The notes under the pieces are model-generated. The model was not told the DNA's origin. It did not search any database and saw only the letters and a list, made by a program, of their open reading frames with translations. Shown here piece by piece: positions 33,133 through 45,610 of a DNA stretch of 64,000 nt (position 1 is the stretch's first letter; each line of letters starts with the position of its first letter). Source of the stretch: Flectonema sp. DT1601 (taxonomy: Eukaryota). Where the stretch lies: assembly GCA_964019425.1 (NCBI GenBank), contig OZ025802.1:1116001-1180000 (forward strand), written 5' to 3'. A program made the position numbers and the translations under genes.

Positions 33133-34871
33133 ATGTCACACGGACCAGATTCTACGGGAGACTCAAACCCACACGTTCAGGAGCAGATTGATAACGTGAA
33201 AGGAAATGCGAACAAATGGAAAACCCTCAGCGATTCAAAGAAATTAGAGTACTTGTATGATGCTAGGAGAGTATTAGACACAATGGTTGACGATTGGGGT
33301 TCAGCATGCAACAAAGCAAGAGGTTATACTGAAGCGCATTTAGAAGGAAATGGTTACGGTATCGGTCCAGGTCTCACTGGATTACATTTGAATGGATTAA
33401 TTCGAACATATGAGAGTTTGGCAAAAACTGGTCTTCCACCAACTGGAAAGAATGTTCGTAAAGTCGGAGATCAAACCGTTGTTACGGTCTACCCACTTAG
33501 CTTTATAGAACAGGTATTCCTTCCTATGACAGCTGAACTGTGGTTGGAACCAGGAAAACCCGACACCCAGGGAAAGTGCCGTGAGCGTTCTGGAGTCTGC
33601 GCTATTCTCTCACCGGGGAATTATGAAGCTCCGATGGATATTTTTACGAAAATGTTCGTTGAATCGAATGTTTGCATCTACGCTCGTCACAACAATATCG
33701 CTGTTTCGAACAGTTTTATTGAAAGGTTATTCAAAAAACTTATTAAAGACGGGTTCCTATCGATCGTTGAACCAGGTATGATATTATTCTATATAGGAAT
33801 GAACTGTTACAACAACAACAACAAAAACAACAAATAACAACAACAACAGGTATCCCTAACGCTGACTACTTGGTAAGATCAAAGGACCTAACAGAAATAT
33901 TAATGACTGGAGGATGTGCTACTTTTGATAAAATTGTGTGGGGTGATGATAAATCAAAAACTACTCGTCGAATCACAACACCAATCGAAGCAGAGCTTGG
34001 AGCTGTTAGCCCTTACATTATAGTGCCATCAGACGACTGGAGTGATAAGCAGATTGCGCATCACGCTAATGCTCTTGCGGGTTGGAAATGTTTGAATTCC
34101 AGCGCCGTGTGTGCCTCACCGCAACTTCTAATTACTTCAAAGGGATGGAAGCATAAAAAGGAGTTCATGAAATCATTGACTTCAGCATTAACAAACACTG
34201 CAGGATATCCAATCTTTTACAACGGTACTCAAGACAGAGTTGACCAGGCTGTAAATGCATACCCTGCTGAACAAGTTCAAAGAATTGCTTCAGCAAAGGG
34301 AGCCTTAAAACCTGTTATCATAAAGTCGTTGAATGAATCGGATTTGGGATCGTGGTCTACTCAGAATGAGGCTTTTGCTCCAGTTTTAGTAGATTTGGAA
34401 ATTGATGCTTCCGGAGTTAAAGATTTCATGAAAAAGACGTCAGAAATCGTCAACAGTAATAACGTATTTGGATCTCTTAGCTGCTCTGTAATGGTTCATC
34501 CATCAGCATCTACAGAGATTGGTAACGCTGCTCTTGACAAATGGCTTCAATCGATGGAGTGGGGTACTACTTCAGTAAATTCATGGGGTGGGAATGGGAC
34601 CTTATTCCCAACTGGAATGTGGGGTGCTTACCCAAAACACTCTCCAACTGATGTTCAATCAGGGATTGGTATTATTAGCAATGCTTTGATGTATGACTTC
34701 CCACGTAAACAAGTTCTCAGATCTCCTTTCATCGCTGACAATCATCCAAAAGCCGCAGCTCCATCCATGGCAGAATCAGCTCTCCTAAAGAAAATGTCCT
34801 ACTATGTTGCGAATCCTGGTTTCTGTAGACTCGCAAGCCTAATTGCTGCTGCAGTTCGTGCCAAGCTTTAA
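33133..34871 (+). CDS. Aldehyde dehydrogenase superfamily protein (exons 33133-33775, 33850-34871)
   Basis: PGNY, MTGG, AELGAVSP, catalytic AVCASPQ and NEAFAPVL. A 74-nt intron GTATGA...(CAA)nCAG joins the two ORFs in frame. Confidence 0.9.
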
Positions 34872-35363
34872 AATTATGATTCATTGTTCGGAACTTTTTT
34901 TTTTTTCTCTTTCCCCCCTATTTTGATAGTGATCACTGAAGAAGAAAAATAAAACAAAAAACCAGGTTCATCATCCAAAGATGCCAAGCTTTTAATTATT
35001 TTTCTCCTCTCTTCTTGATAACTCTTATAGTCACTTATATTACTATGATTAATTACTATGAAAATAAATTGAAAAAATACCCCCCTTTTCCTATATCATT
35101 TGGGATTCTTTTTTTTTTTTTTTTTTTTTTTCAGTGAGAAACTCACTTGAAAAGGTCCTTCTAGGACCTGGTGAGTGAGTCTCTCTAACTACGCATTATC
35201 ACTGGGTGAATAGATTCCAAACTGCAGTACTTCATGAAAAAAGACTTTCCGTACGTTGATGTTATTCAATAACAGTTCCATGATGGCAGTATTGCGTGCT
35301 GAATCACAGTTTTCAGTATTTATCACGTTAATAATGCTTTTTTGCATTGAAAGATTCTTACTG

Positions 35364-35456
35364 AAACTGTTCAGCTTTAAAAAGCTGTTTATTTCCTATG
35401 GTCACATGTTATCTGGCATGAGGCTTGATGTATCTGAATGGTTTTTTGCTCAGACT
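35364..35456. mobile_element. Family A element copy
   Basis: AAACTGTTCAG...TTATTTCCTATGGTCACATGTTATCT...ATCTGAATGGTTTTTTGCTCAGACT, matching the 6903 and 44487 copies. Confidence 0.7.
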
Positions 35457-35989
35457 TTTGTTTTTTTGCGTTGAACGATAGATTAAAAAAAAAAAAAAGG
35501 TGAATGGATTTGTCATGGTGGTTCGTGTTTCTTTTGTTTTTATTTTTGTCTATAATGTAATCGCGTAGTTGCATCAGACGATTATCAAAATGAACCCAAT
35601 TTTATAAAGTTTTGTGTAATGTCCTTTACGAAATGTGAAACTCTTTTTTTTTTTTTTTCGTAATTGTTGGAGTACAGTACCGATCTTCCCTGTACCAGAG
35701 GGCCAGATGGTTCTACACTTTGATGGTTTGGCCGTGTTCGTTTTTTTTTTTTTTTTTTTTTTCGGAAAAAGAAAATTAACAAAGCTGAAAATCTTACAGA
35801 GCATAAGAGTAAAAAGCATTTTCTCGATACGCGGAGATCTACTTGCCTATCTTCAGTACCGATCAACGGCGTGAACGCATGGCCCTACGATCTTTTTGGT
35901 CTCGCTACTATGTTCAAACTGTGATCATTAGTTTTCAATTTTCATTTTTTTTTCAGGGGGGGAGGAGGAAACCCTCAAACTAATTAAAA

Positions 35990-37162
35990 ATGTCGATCCC
36001 TTTGAAACATGTAAAGCACGTGACTCATACACACATATTGAAGACTTCTCGAGACTGGTACGAACACATGAAGTCAGCTGAGTCTTTCAGGGTCGATAAG
36101 CAGATGAAGATGAAAGAACGACTAGTACAAAGAAAAAAAACTTTAAAAATAGAAAAAGATTTAATTGCGACGTATTCTGGTTTAACAGAGAGATGTCCAA
36201 GCTCATTTGCTGGTGAATGGGCAATGGTTGGAATAAAGTTACAAAAAGTCCACAGAAGTCTACTACGACCAATGACACGAGTCTATCAAAATACATTCGT
36301 TAAACAATACCAAGATCTTTCATTAAGATTAACGACAACTCACATATATTTCGGATCCGCTGCCAGTATCGTTATCGCAACAAATACTTCCCCTAGGTAC
36401 GCATACGGCAAAATATATGCTGGAAGGGATGTACATGGATTTACTTTTTTTGGAGTTGACGGAGAGCGATACATTCCCGACAAGAAGTCACTAAAACACG
36501 TTCTCAAAGCACTCCGCCAAGTAGCTAGGAAATACTGCCTCAAGAGCTCACCGGTGGTTAATAATTTCAGACCCGGTAAAGCGATTGATGATACGCTTCG
36601 TGGAGATCTTTCGGGCAATGTCAGTTTTGCCGACTGTGATGCAGCTGGTGAGGGTGAGAATGACACTCCGGAATTCTTAGCGAGTACAACAGGTCCATTT
36701 CCGGAACCCCCGGCACCACCAGTCGTAATAAAGGAAGGCGATTCTGATGATGAGGATGTCAATTCTTTTGTAAGAACGATATTTGCAACTTTTATTGAAC
36801 CTTTTATGTGTTTTACTGTAAACGAAAACTTTTATACTGCCCTACCTGAATCAGCGTTCTGGGAATATCGCCCTGAGTACATTGGGCCATCGACTGATAA
36901 CATTCTTTCTGGAGAAGCTTATCTTGGTTCTTCTCTGAAGGTTGATAGATCTCCGTACCCTCTTCCACCACCAGAGATGGTTCGCACTCAGGAAATCAAT
37001 GGAACTGCCAGATTCAAGAGAGGAACAAAGTCTGTTGTAGTGTGGAACAACGATAGAGACACGTACTACGACAGAAAGATTGAGATCTCATGGAAGAAAG
37101 GATGGACTCCAAGTCTCTCAGCATCCGTAAACAGAAACGAAGATGGTGACATAGAGATGTAG
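35990..37162 (+). CDS. Hypothetical protein, 390 aa
   Basis: Long ORF with ordinary composition, preceded by a T-tract+AG at ~35955. No family recognised. Confidence 0.7.
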   Translation: MSIPLKHVKHVTHTHILKTSRDWYEHMKSAESFRVDKQMKMKERLVQRKKTLKIEKDLIATYSGLTERCPSSFAGEWAMVGIKLQKVHRSLLRPMTRVYQNTFVKQYQDLSLRLTTTHIYFGSAASIVIATNTSPRYAYGKIYAGRDVHGFTFFGVDGERYIPDKKSLKHVLKALRQVARKYCLKSSPVVNNFRPGKAIDDTLRGDLSGNVSFADCDAAGEGENDTPEFLASTTGPFPEPPAPPVVIKEGDSDDEDVNSFVRTIFATFIEPFMCFTVNENFYTALPESAFWEYRPEYIGPSTDNILSGEAYLGSSLKVDRSPYPLPPPEMVRTQEINGTARFKRGTKSVVVWNNDRDTYYDRKIEISWKKGWTPSLSASVNRNEDGDIEM

Positions 37163-37346
37163 ACTTAATCATTGTTTTATTGTTGTTGAACCTACTTTAT
37201 CAAAAGAACATATTTATTATATTATTCCCTTTTGAGGGATGCGAAGAGACCCAACCACATGTTAGGTTGTACTACTTCCTTACTTATGATTGAAAATATA
37301 TTGATATGTTATATTTATTATCTCAACACAGTTAAGTTTAGTTACA

Positions 37347-38378
37347 ATGAGTCGATGGCGAGGTCAGGCCACGCTTGAGAGTATTCGACGTGATTTGGGA
37401 ACTATTGCGAATGACAGAGGTTGGGGAAAGCATCATACTCCAAGAAATCTTATGTTAGCACTTCAAAAAGAAGTTAGCAATTTATCGAAAACAATTCAAT
37501 TGAATACTCAAGTGTCAGTCGGTTTAAAAGGATGGAATGAAAGTGAAAAATCAACTCTAGCTAATGAGATTGCTGAAGTTCTAGCGTACACAATAAGACT
37601 TGCTGACAAATGTGGTATCGATGCGGAAGCTTCCATAATGACAAAATTACAACCACCTGAGCCAGTTGAAGAAAGCACCATCGTGAATAACTCTGCTGCA
37701 GAGAGAAATTCTCAACTGAGATATAAAAGAACAGCGCCGACCTCACCGCTCTCTCCGAAATCATTAAACGATTTCCCGCAATTTGCTGGTATGTTGGGTG
37801 GTTCTGACCTCACTGAATTAGAAGTAATGTGGTGTGCTCCATACGATGGTCGAATTATTAACTTAATACCTGATGGTCGTAACATTCCAGTAAAGGCTGA
37901 GTATTTACCTCTCTTTGTAAAGTATGTTAATGAATTACAGCAAAAAGGGATGTCATACGTACCTCAACCAATGCCATCTATGTTAACAAAGGCAGCAGCA
38001 ATGCAAAGACGATCTACATCTCCAGTTGTTAAGAAATTTACTCGTTCTCTAAGTGTTCAGCTTCCACATGATAAGAAGGATGGTAGACCTGACAACGAAT
38101 GTTTTTCTCCAACACATTTTGAACATGGGTTGTTCAGTCCAGCTAATACGAAAACAGACTTTGGGTTTGACGACGACATTACACTTCCCGTTAAAAGTAA
38201 CAAAATCTCAGGCGACATTTCCCCTCGAAGCCCAGGCGTACGCCTTACACCAGTACGTAGACGAAACAGTGTCGCAAGCATAGGTTCTGAAGAAGAAGAA
38301 GGAGAATACAAGGGACTCGACTTGCTCATTGAAGTGGCAGAAGAAACTCGCACTGCAACTGCAACTGGTTGCAGATAA
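37347..38378 (+). CDS. DCTPP1/MazG-like domain (probably degenerate) + HECT N-lobe-like segment + disordered tail
   Basis: RGWGKHHTPRNLMLALQKEVSNL...GW...E...LANEIAEVLAYTIRLADKCGID, followed by DLTELEVMW...INLIPDGRNIPVKAEYLPLFVKYV. Confidence 0.75.
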   Translation: MSRWRGQATLESIRRDLGTIANDRGWGKHHTPRNLMLALQKEVSNLSKTIQLNTQVSVGLKGWNESEKSTLANEIAEVLAYTIRLADKCGIDAEASIMTKLQPPEPVEESTIVNNSAAERNSQLRYKRTAPTSPLSPKSLNDFPQFAGMLGGSDLTELEVMWCAPYDGRIINLIPDGRNIPVKAEYLPLFVKYVNELQQKGMSYVPQPMPSMLTKAAAMQRRSTSPVVKKFTRSLSVQLPHDKKDGRPDNECFSPTHFEHGLFSPANTKTDFGFDDDITLPVKSNKISGDISPRSPGVRLTPVRRRNSVASIGSEEEEGEYKGLDLLIEVAEETRTATATGCR

Positions 38379-38859
38379 AAAAAAAAAAAAAAAAAAAAAC
38401 GTGTTGTTTATTTTATTTTTATTTACACACCTGTTTTTTTCATTTTTATGTTTCTTGTCACCCTTATCAGTTTAGAGTTGTTTAACACTTCACACCTCTT
38501 ATGGATATTAGTGATGAAATAATGAGTGGGGAAAAACATAGCTTGGTACAGTGACGGTTTCACTTTTTTTTTTTTTTTTTTTTCGTTTTGCCTTACGTCA
38601 TTCTAATTGACATCTTTCTCTGAAAGACGTTTTCCTAATTTTTAATGTTCCTGCGGGAGAAAAAATGCGCAATATTTGTCGACCCATGTGATTGCTTGGT
38701 AACTGCACTTGAAAGAATGAAGATCCCCCCCTCTCACTGGAAAAAAAACTAATTTACAGCTGTTTTTCACTGTTACGGTAGCGTAGGCAAGAGGTGCTCA
38801 ACTACGTTCACGTGGCCTCCACTAAAGAAATCAGGCAAATGTTACAATGCCTCCTGTTT

Positions 38860-38952
38860 CATGGTGACAGTACTTTTATTGTTTTTATTTTTGTGAAAAG
38901 ACTCGCAGTATTCTTCCCAGATTGATCCTTTCGTATCGTAATAAATCCCCCC
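38860..38952. repeat. Dispersed repeat family B; second copy at 41545-41632 inside an intron
   Basis: Shared CATGGTGACAGTA...TTTGTG.AAAGAC..GCAGTATTCTTCCCAGAT....C.TTTCGTATCGTA...TCCCCCC. Confidence 0.85.
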
Positions 38953-39929
38953 TCTCACTGTGGGAATGAAGTCCCCAGAACTTACTGACTAAGGCCTAAG
39001 AAGGACAAGTAGTGGCTCCTGAAACTACGTATTCCACATGTGTTTTATGGAACAGCAGAACAATTGTGTTTATAATTTTTATTTTTATTTTTTTTTATAT
39101 TTTAATTTAGTGCACTATCTTATAATAAACTCATGTTCTAATAACTAATGGGTTGCAGCATTTTTGAGTTTTCTCAAATACAAGCGCAAAAAATACTTCC
39201 CCGCGTTTTTTTTTTTTTTTTTTTTTTTCCGTCTCTCTTTTGCCATACTAAATTTCCATTTTTGATTATTATTACTTTTTATTTTATTTTTTGAATACCA
39301 AAAAAAAAAAAAAAGGGGAGGGGATAATAAAAAATTATTTTTATTTTTTTATTTTAGGAAGCCAGAGCTGCCCTGCCTGTGGAGCAGCAGAGTTCACCGA
39401 AGCAGCCAAGGATGCAAGATGACTCCTGGAGCGTCAGGGTAAGTTTTCTTTCGAAGCCTCCTATCGTAAAATAAATTCAAAGTCAGGCTATCTGATTTCA
39501 TTAGGTCAATAGTTATATTTTTTTTTGTACATGAGCGTAATCCCACTTTTTTTTAATTTTAATTTTAATTTTTTTTTTTTTTTTTTAAATTGAAATTCTA
39601 CACAAGCGGTCTTTCTCGCCTCGTATAAGCGCCGCGGCTCCCCTGAGATCTACCAGTTGTGAGAGTCGAGAGATATTTATAAGAAACTCAGTCTACCGTA
39701 AGCATGACTTTCCAGGAATGCTATGTTACTCTTCCGAGATAGTGTATTAAAGCCATCACCATTCATTACAGAGTGTTACTATTTTTGTTACAGCATTCAG
39801 TCATAATATGAACATCAAGGGAATGGAATAAGATTAGTTGATGTTATTTTAATTTCCCCCCCTAATAATAACTTACCAAACAGGTACAATCACTAATTTC
39901 AATGTTGTCAGCGTAAAAGCGAGGACGTG

Positions 39930-42900
39930 ATGAGATTATTGTTGGTACTCCTTATGGCAACAGTCGTTGCCGGTAGGTTCAAGTTGGCTACAACAGGTCA
40001 GTGTGTAGACGCCGGTGCGAACCATGTCTATAATGAAGAACAATGTATTCGAGCAGCAGGAACACTAGCAGCAACAGCACAGACGCCGATTACTTTTGTT
40101 AATGAAATGCTTAATCCTCACGGTTGCTTATTGGACCCGATACGTAAAATAGCAGTGATGAACGTGAATCCTGGTGCAGGTGCTGCTTGTGGTGGTTCTT
40201 ACATCTGTGTGTGCACTGACGAGCCTTCCCTCATATGCGGAAAAGACGAGTTGTGCTATCACTTAAAGTTCGATGGTCCAGAAGTCGGAGACTCTGCACT
40301 TGGACACTACTTTGAAAACAGCAATGGCATTACTGTAGTCACTGACACTGCTGTTCACGGTAAGGGTGTCCGAGTAGATGATAGTACTGTAATGAACCAA
40401 AATGCAGATATGGGGACTGCGGTGCCATATTTTGTTCCCCCAACTCAAATATGGAATTCAGCAGGTCAACTATCTATGTCTGCATGGTTTAAGAAAGAGT
40501 CAAGCGGAATGCAAGACCCTGAGTATATAATACAAATGTCCCGAGCTACTTACGCTCCAATAGCAGGAATGTCAATAGAAGGAGGATTTCCTACTTGTTT
40601 TGCCAACGGATGTAAAGTATCATCTATGAACTCTTTGGTTATTGGTATCTGGACTTTTCTTTCTTGTTCATTCGACTTCGGAGGTACCACAAGTGTTTCT
40701 CTATACGTCGCTGATCACAATACTGGACTTCCGACTACACCAGATGTTTCAGCACCAACGTGTACCACCTTTACTGTTGGTACAGAACAAGTATACATCG
40801 GAGGGTGGAAACCTAATCCAATATTTACAGAGCATGCCTTTAACGGTGTTATTGATGATGTCAGAATATACAGAAAAGTATTAACACCTGACGAGGTGAG
40901 AAGTGCAGCGTGTTGCCAAGGAAAGTATACTCCATTATCAAACACTATGCCATCTAACGGAGTATGTCCAATGTGTGATACTAGTCCAACAGCTACAATT
41001 ACCATGACTGATATTATTCCTCCGACTGGAACAAAAACTTTTTCAAAATCTGTTTCTTCGTCGAAAACAGATCCGTTGCCGACTGCGACCAAGACTCGAA
41101 CTGGAACTGTTTCGTTAATTCCTCCATCTTTGACGAAGTCGTTATCGATGACTATTCTTCCGGATACTCCAACAGAGGAATTACCGACAGCAACAGCTAC
41201 CATTCAAATAGAATCCAAGACGGAGACTATTAAATCAAATACCTTAACATTGGTCAGTGTCCCGAGTAATACGAAAACACTTGCGACAGAGACAGTAGTG
41301 GTGACGCCGACTCTGTCGGTACTCCCTTCGTCAACAATGCAGCTTCCAACACCAACTTTGGGTACCCTTACCTTATTATCGTTCACTCCATCTGCTTCTT
41401 CTACTGTTGTTGCAGCCGTGGCTTTTCCGACGTTAACAGCTACTCAAAATGAAACAGTAACTGAAACAGCTACTCTTACCGGCTCGATTACAAGTAGTAG
41501 AACGTTTTCTTTGGTTTGTTGTTGTTCACTCTTTATTGCCCCCCCATGGTGACAGTATTTTTATTTTTTTGTGCAAAGACCTGCAGTATTCTTCCCAGAT
41601 AAATCTTTTCGTATCGTATCAAAGGTCCCCCCTTGATTTATTTATCCAAGTCCCCCCTTCCCTAATAAAAAAACTTCTGGATACTTATACTAAAATATGA
41701 GTAATCCACCTACTCTAAAATGAAGCTTAACTTTATTTGTTATTACAAACAGATTCCTCCGTCTCTATCGATCGAAGCAGTTTGTGAAAGGAACATCAAA
41801 GCTGAAGTCTTAGCGAATGTTGGTATTATCTGCACGGTGAGTGTGACGTCAAAAGGTATGTAAGTTTTGCTGTTATTGGTATTGTATAAAACCCAATCAA
41901 CTAAAACTAAACTTGTTCACACACAGAGGGTAAGTTCCGTTCTGAAATGATTGATCAAATGGAATGGCAGGCAGACGTTGCAATCGATAACGGTTTTAAC
42001 TGGGCTATGGAAGAACACAGAAGTGATTTCTTCGTAGCAGAGTTACTAAATGATAGACAACTTAAAGTGAAAGTTGGTCCTTTTAAAGATTATTGGCCAT
42101 CAGGAGATGAACAAGTCAATCTAAAATTTGAAAACTTATTGACCACCAGCACTGAGGTCACAGGAGACAAGAATATCACTCTCACGATACAAAGCAGAGA
42201 GCAAATCCCCCAGGTAGGAGAGGTGACAACTGTTGCAAAATCACTTGCTCTATCACCTGGTGCGGCTAAATCAGCTTTATTACTTGGACTGAACTGCAAA
42301 CAACGAGGTAATGGAACAGTAGAAGAACTTATGGATTGGACTATGCATCCAATTGGTTTAAAGGTCGGAGGATCAATTCATGTAGGTGCTCTCATATTCA
42401 ATGGATTATTAACTTTATCATTCGTAGCTGTTCACGCTGCTGTAGCAGCGCTTTTCTATTTCTCATGCAGCCCGAGTGTCGTATCAGATCCACTTGCTTC
42501 TAAATGGGTTCACTCAATGGGAGCTGCGAGGTTTCCATCTTTAATATTCCTACCCGCATCATTTCTATTTCAAGGAAATGCTTTTGCTGCTATCAAGCTT
42601 ATTGCAGTGGCAGAAACAGCAGCTGGAGTTGTTGCTGGTTGTTTTGGTCTTTCAGTTCTGATAGCATTCTTAGTTTTTGTTGTGTACTTAACATCGGGTG
42701 ATAGATTTCAGGCTACGTATGTACCAGACGAGCATCCACCGAGTCGATGCACTATTTTACACAAATTGTTTTATGGATTGGGAACGTGGGCTTCAACCAG
42801 CAGCTGTTTCGTAGAGCGGTGGGGTGAAATATTTGACTGCTGGAAACCAAAATACAAATGGTTCATGGTTTTAGAACTGGGTCACATGCTTCCTTTAACT

Positions 42901-43632
42901 GCATTCGCGGTAAGAAACATGGACAGCAACGACGAGTGTGGAATCAATGCGTTATTTATGGCGGGGATACTATTTTTTTATTGGGTTGCGATAACTTTTA
43001 CGTTTCCTTTTAGTACTCCTTTCGAAGCTATTTGTATGTCTTTGGAAGCGTTATTTCAAATGATCGCAATGATATTTTTAGCGATTGGATTCTTTTCGGG
43101 TGAAGACAGACATCCAGGGTTTACAATCGCAGGACAATTCCTCGAAGGAGCGATGTGGTTGATGATAATAAAGACTGTTTATGAAGTCATAAGAACAATT
43201 CATGATCTCTGTACTGGTCGTACAAAACGACTTAAAGATGCATATGAAGAAGACCATAAACAGCTAACTGAAACTACTGATACTTTATGCCAAGAAATAG
43301 AACTGGAACGTGTATCAAGTCAACCGACTGAGGAGTCACTAGCGATGGATGAAACACAAGAATTGGACGATTTATATTCGTTCCTTGATAGAGCTGATAA
43401 ACTTGGTGTGCTGACACCAACACAAAACCTAACAGTTGGAACAACCATCACCCTCGCTGGTATTAAAAACAGAAATGGTTTTAGAGCCGTTGTTACCAAG
43501 CAATTGGAAGACGGAAGAGTCAGAGTTCGTTTAACTGATGGAACGATGTTGAAGGTAAAACCTGTCAACTGTACTATTGACAGTAGTTATAACACGTCTT
43601 TTGCCAGATCAAAGACTGCTGGAGTATGTTGA
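39930..43632 (+). CDS. Large surface receptor: signal peptide + LamG/pentraxin-like domain + Thr/Ser-rich stalk + multi-pass TM domain + cytosolic KOW/SH3-like end (exons 39930-41513, 41753-41855, 41927-43632)
   Basis: LSMSAWFK, WTFLS and VYIGG...FNGVIDDVRIYRKVLT (LamG3-like). Introns 41514-41752 (GTTTGT...ACAG) and 41856-41926 (GTATGT...ACAG) join the ORFs in frame. The last exon has many hydrophobic helices. Confidence 0.85.
41545..41662. repeat. Family B copy joined to the short motif CCTTGATTTA(TTTA)TCCAAGTCCCCCC (family C; also at 18854-18878 and 63148-63180)
   Basis: Direct sequence identity among the listed sites. Confidence 0.8.
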
Positions 43633-44351
43633 TATCGTTTATTATTGTTTTTAATAAACCAACAAAAAAAAAAAAAAAAAAAACAGGACTGGAATCACAT
43701 TATAAAACAAGCACATCAACTACAACATTCTAGAAGTGCTAATTTAGCATTTCCAGGGTCTCGGGAAGACATGTCGTACAATAAATGTTAAGCCTTACTT
43801 GAAGCTGCTCATAGCTACTTCAATTTTTATTATTAAATTTTTTTTTTCTTTTTTCTTTCATTCATTTCCCTTAAGTGCTTCACGTTAAATCATGAATGCA
43901 GGTGTGTGAGTTTATAAATAACTATAAGTAAATAAAAAAGCCCTCCCAGAACGTATGCTGTATTTGCGATTGCACCCTACTCAGAGAAATTACGGCTATC
44001 TGTAATGAATCGGAAAAAAAAAATAAAGAAAAAAAAAAAGATTTCGTATGTTTTGATGAATACACCTGAAATAAAGTTTCTTCCGACTATATTCGAAAAT
44101 GTTTCCCAAAGTCGACACAAAAGTGATGCAATTTCACCGATTTATTTTAATTCTTTTTTGCACCGATGAAGATCGGAGAATTTTTTTTTTTGCATTTAAC
44201 AAGTATTGTAAGAACGAAAAAGAATGTTGGCCAGCACACGTACCTCCTTTAGCTTTATCAGTTTAAGTCGGTTCACGGTTTCGTGCACAAACAAAAAATC
44301 ACAGTTGATCATTATTTTCTGTATAGTTGAAGATAAAGCCAATTCTTTTTT

Positions 44352-44580
44352 AAAACCTGTTCAGATTTAAAGAGCCGTTTATTTATTATTATCAAAATGT
44401 TATCTATTTTTCCCTGTGCGGCTCAGTAGTACTGTCTGCGATTAAAAAATAAATGGTTTTTTTCTTTTTTTTTTCTTTTTTTTGTACCGACGTAGTCGGA
44501 GAAGAAACCATTCAGATTAAAAGCCGTTATTTCTTATGGTCATGATTTGTTTCCCCCGTGCGACAGGATCTTGTCTGCAT
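44352..44580. mobile_element. Two tandem partial family A copies (44352-44460, 44487-44580); hairpin-only remnant at ~44163
   Basis: TTCAGATTTAAAGAGCCGTTTATT...TTCCCTGTGCGGCTCAGTAGTACTGTCTG and CCGACGTAGTCGGAGAAGAAACCATTCAGAT. Confidence 0.7.
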
Positions 44581-45544
44581 TCAACGAAATGTAAGGCTAA
44601 TCTGAGTGACTTTTTTTTGTTTATTCATCATAGTGTAGTTGTCTTGTGTGGTAAATCCTAAGTATATAAAATAGATGGGTTTTTCCGCACAAACAGAGAG
44701 AAAGTTTTTTGAAAAGAAAAAAAAATATATTATTCCCGTAGTAGTCGTCCATTACCTTTCTTTATGTTTTGGTTCATATTTACTTTTTGGTTTTTTTTTT
44801 TTTTTTTGGTTTGTTGCTTTCTTATTGTTGGATTTTTAAAAAAAATCAAAAAATCTGACTACTACCCTTTCAGTAAGTAAATGGTGATCCCTGATCCAAC
44901 TAGAAGAGGGGGGAATCATCCGTTATAGAAATTGATAAGGAACGAATGTTTATTAATTTACTTATCAATTGAATCCTTTCATTTTGGAAAACCACACTTT
45001 TCTTTTCAAAGAGGAAAAAAAAAAAAAAAAAAAGAGAGAGAGAGGAAAGTTTCCCACCCTTTTTTTAAATTTTTTTTTTTTTAAAAATATTTTTGCAGAA
45101 TTCATTGCCTGCGTAACATCAGCTTATGAATAAGCTTTTAACTTGAAAAAAATATTTTTGCGTTGTGCAAAGAGATGCAAATTTTTTTTAAATCACGCTG
45201 AAAAGTTGGTTTTTTTATATATATTTTTTTTATGTCTGACAAGCTTTACTATATTATTATAAACTCATATTCATACATCTTATTTAAGAGAAGCAGACCA
45301 AGTGGTCTGAGCTTCCCGGAATGACAAGCTTCGATCGACCCCTTGGTCGACGGGAGCACTAACCATTCTAATTCCGTCAGGCAGCAGTTTGTTTTTTAAA
45401 AGCTATTAAACTACAGCTAATCACGGTGGTCCCTATGTTCCCGTGATCTCTAATTTAACTGCTGTCTACGTTAGGTAGAAAGCTGGCGATGAAAGCTACC
45501 TTTTACTTACGCCGCTGCAACTTTGTAGTTTTATGGGGTTTCCC

Positions 45545-45610
45545 CGATGCTACGTAGTTTGCTGTTATCAGCGATGCGCAATTATGTATTGTAGTGGACT
45601 TGTAGTTATC
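45545..45610. repeat. Dispersed repeat family E; second copy at ~53817-53880
   Basis: CGATGCT...GTAGTTTGCTGTTATCAGCGATGC...TGTA.TGT.GTG.ACTT is shared. Confidence 0.75.
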
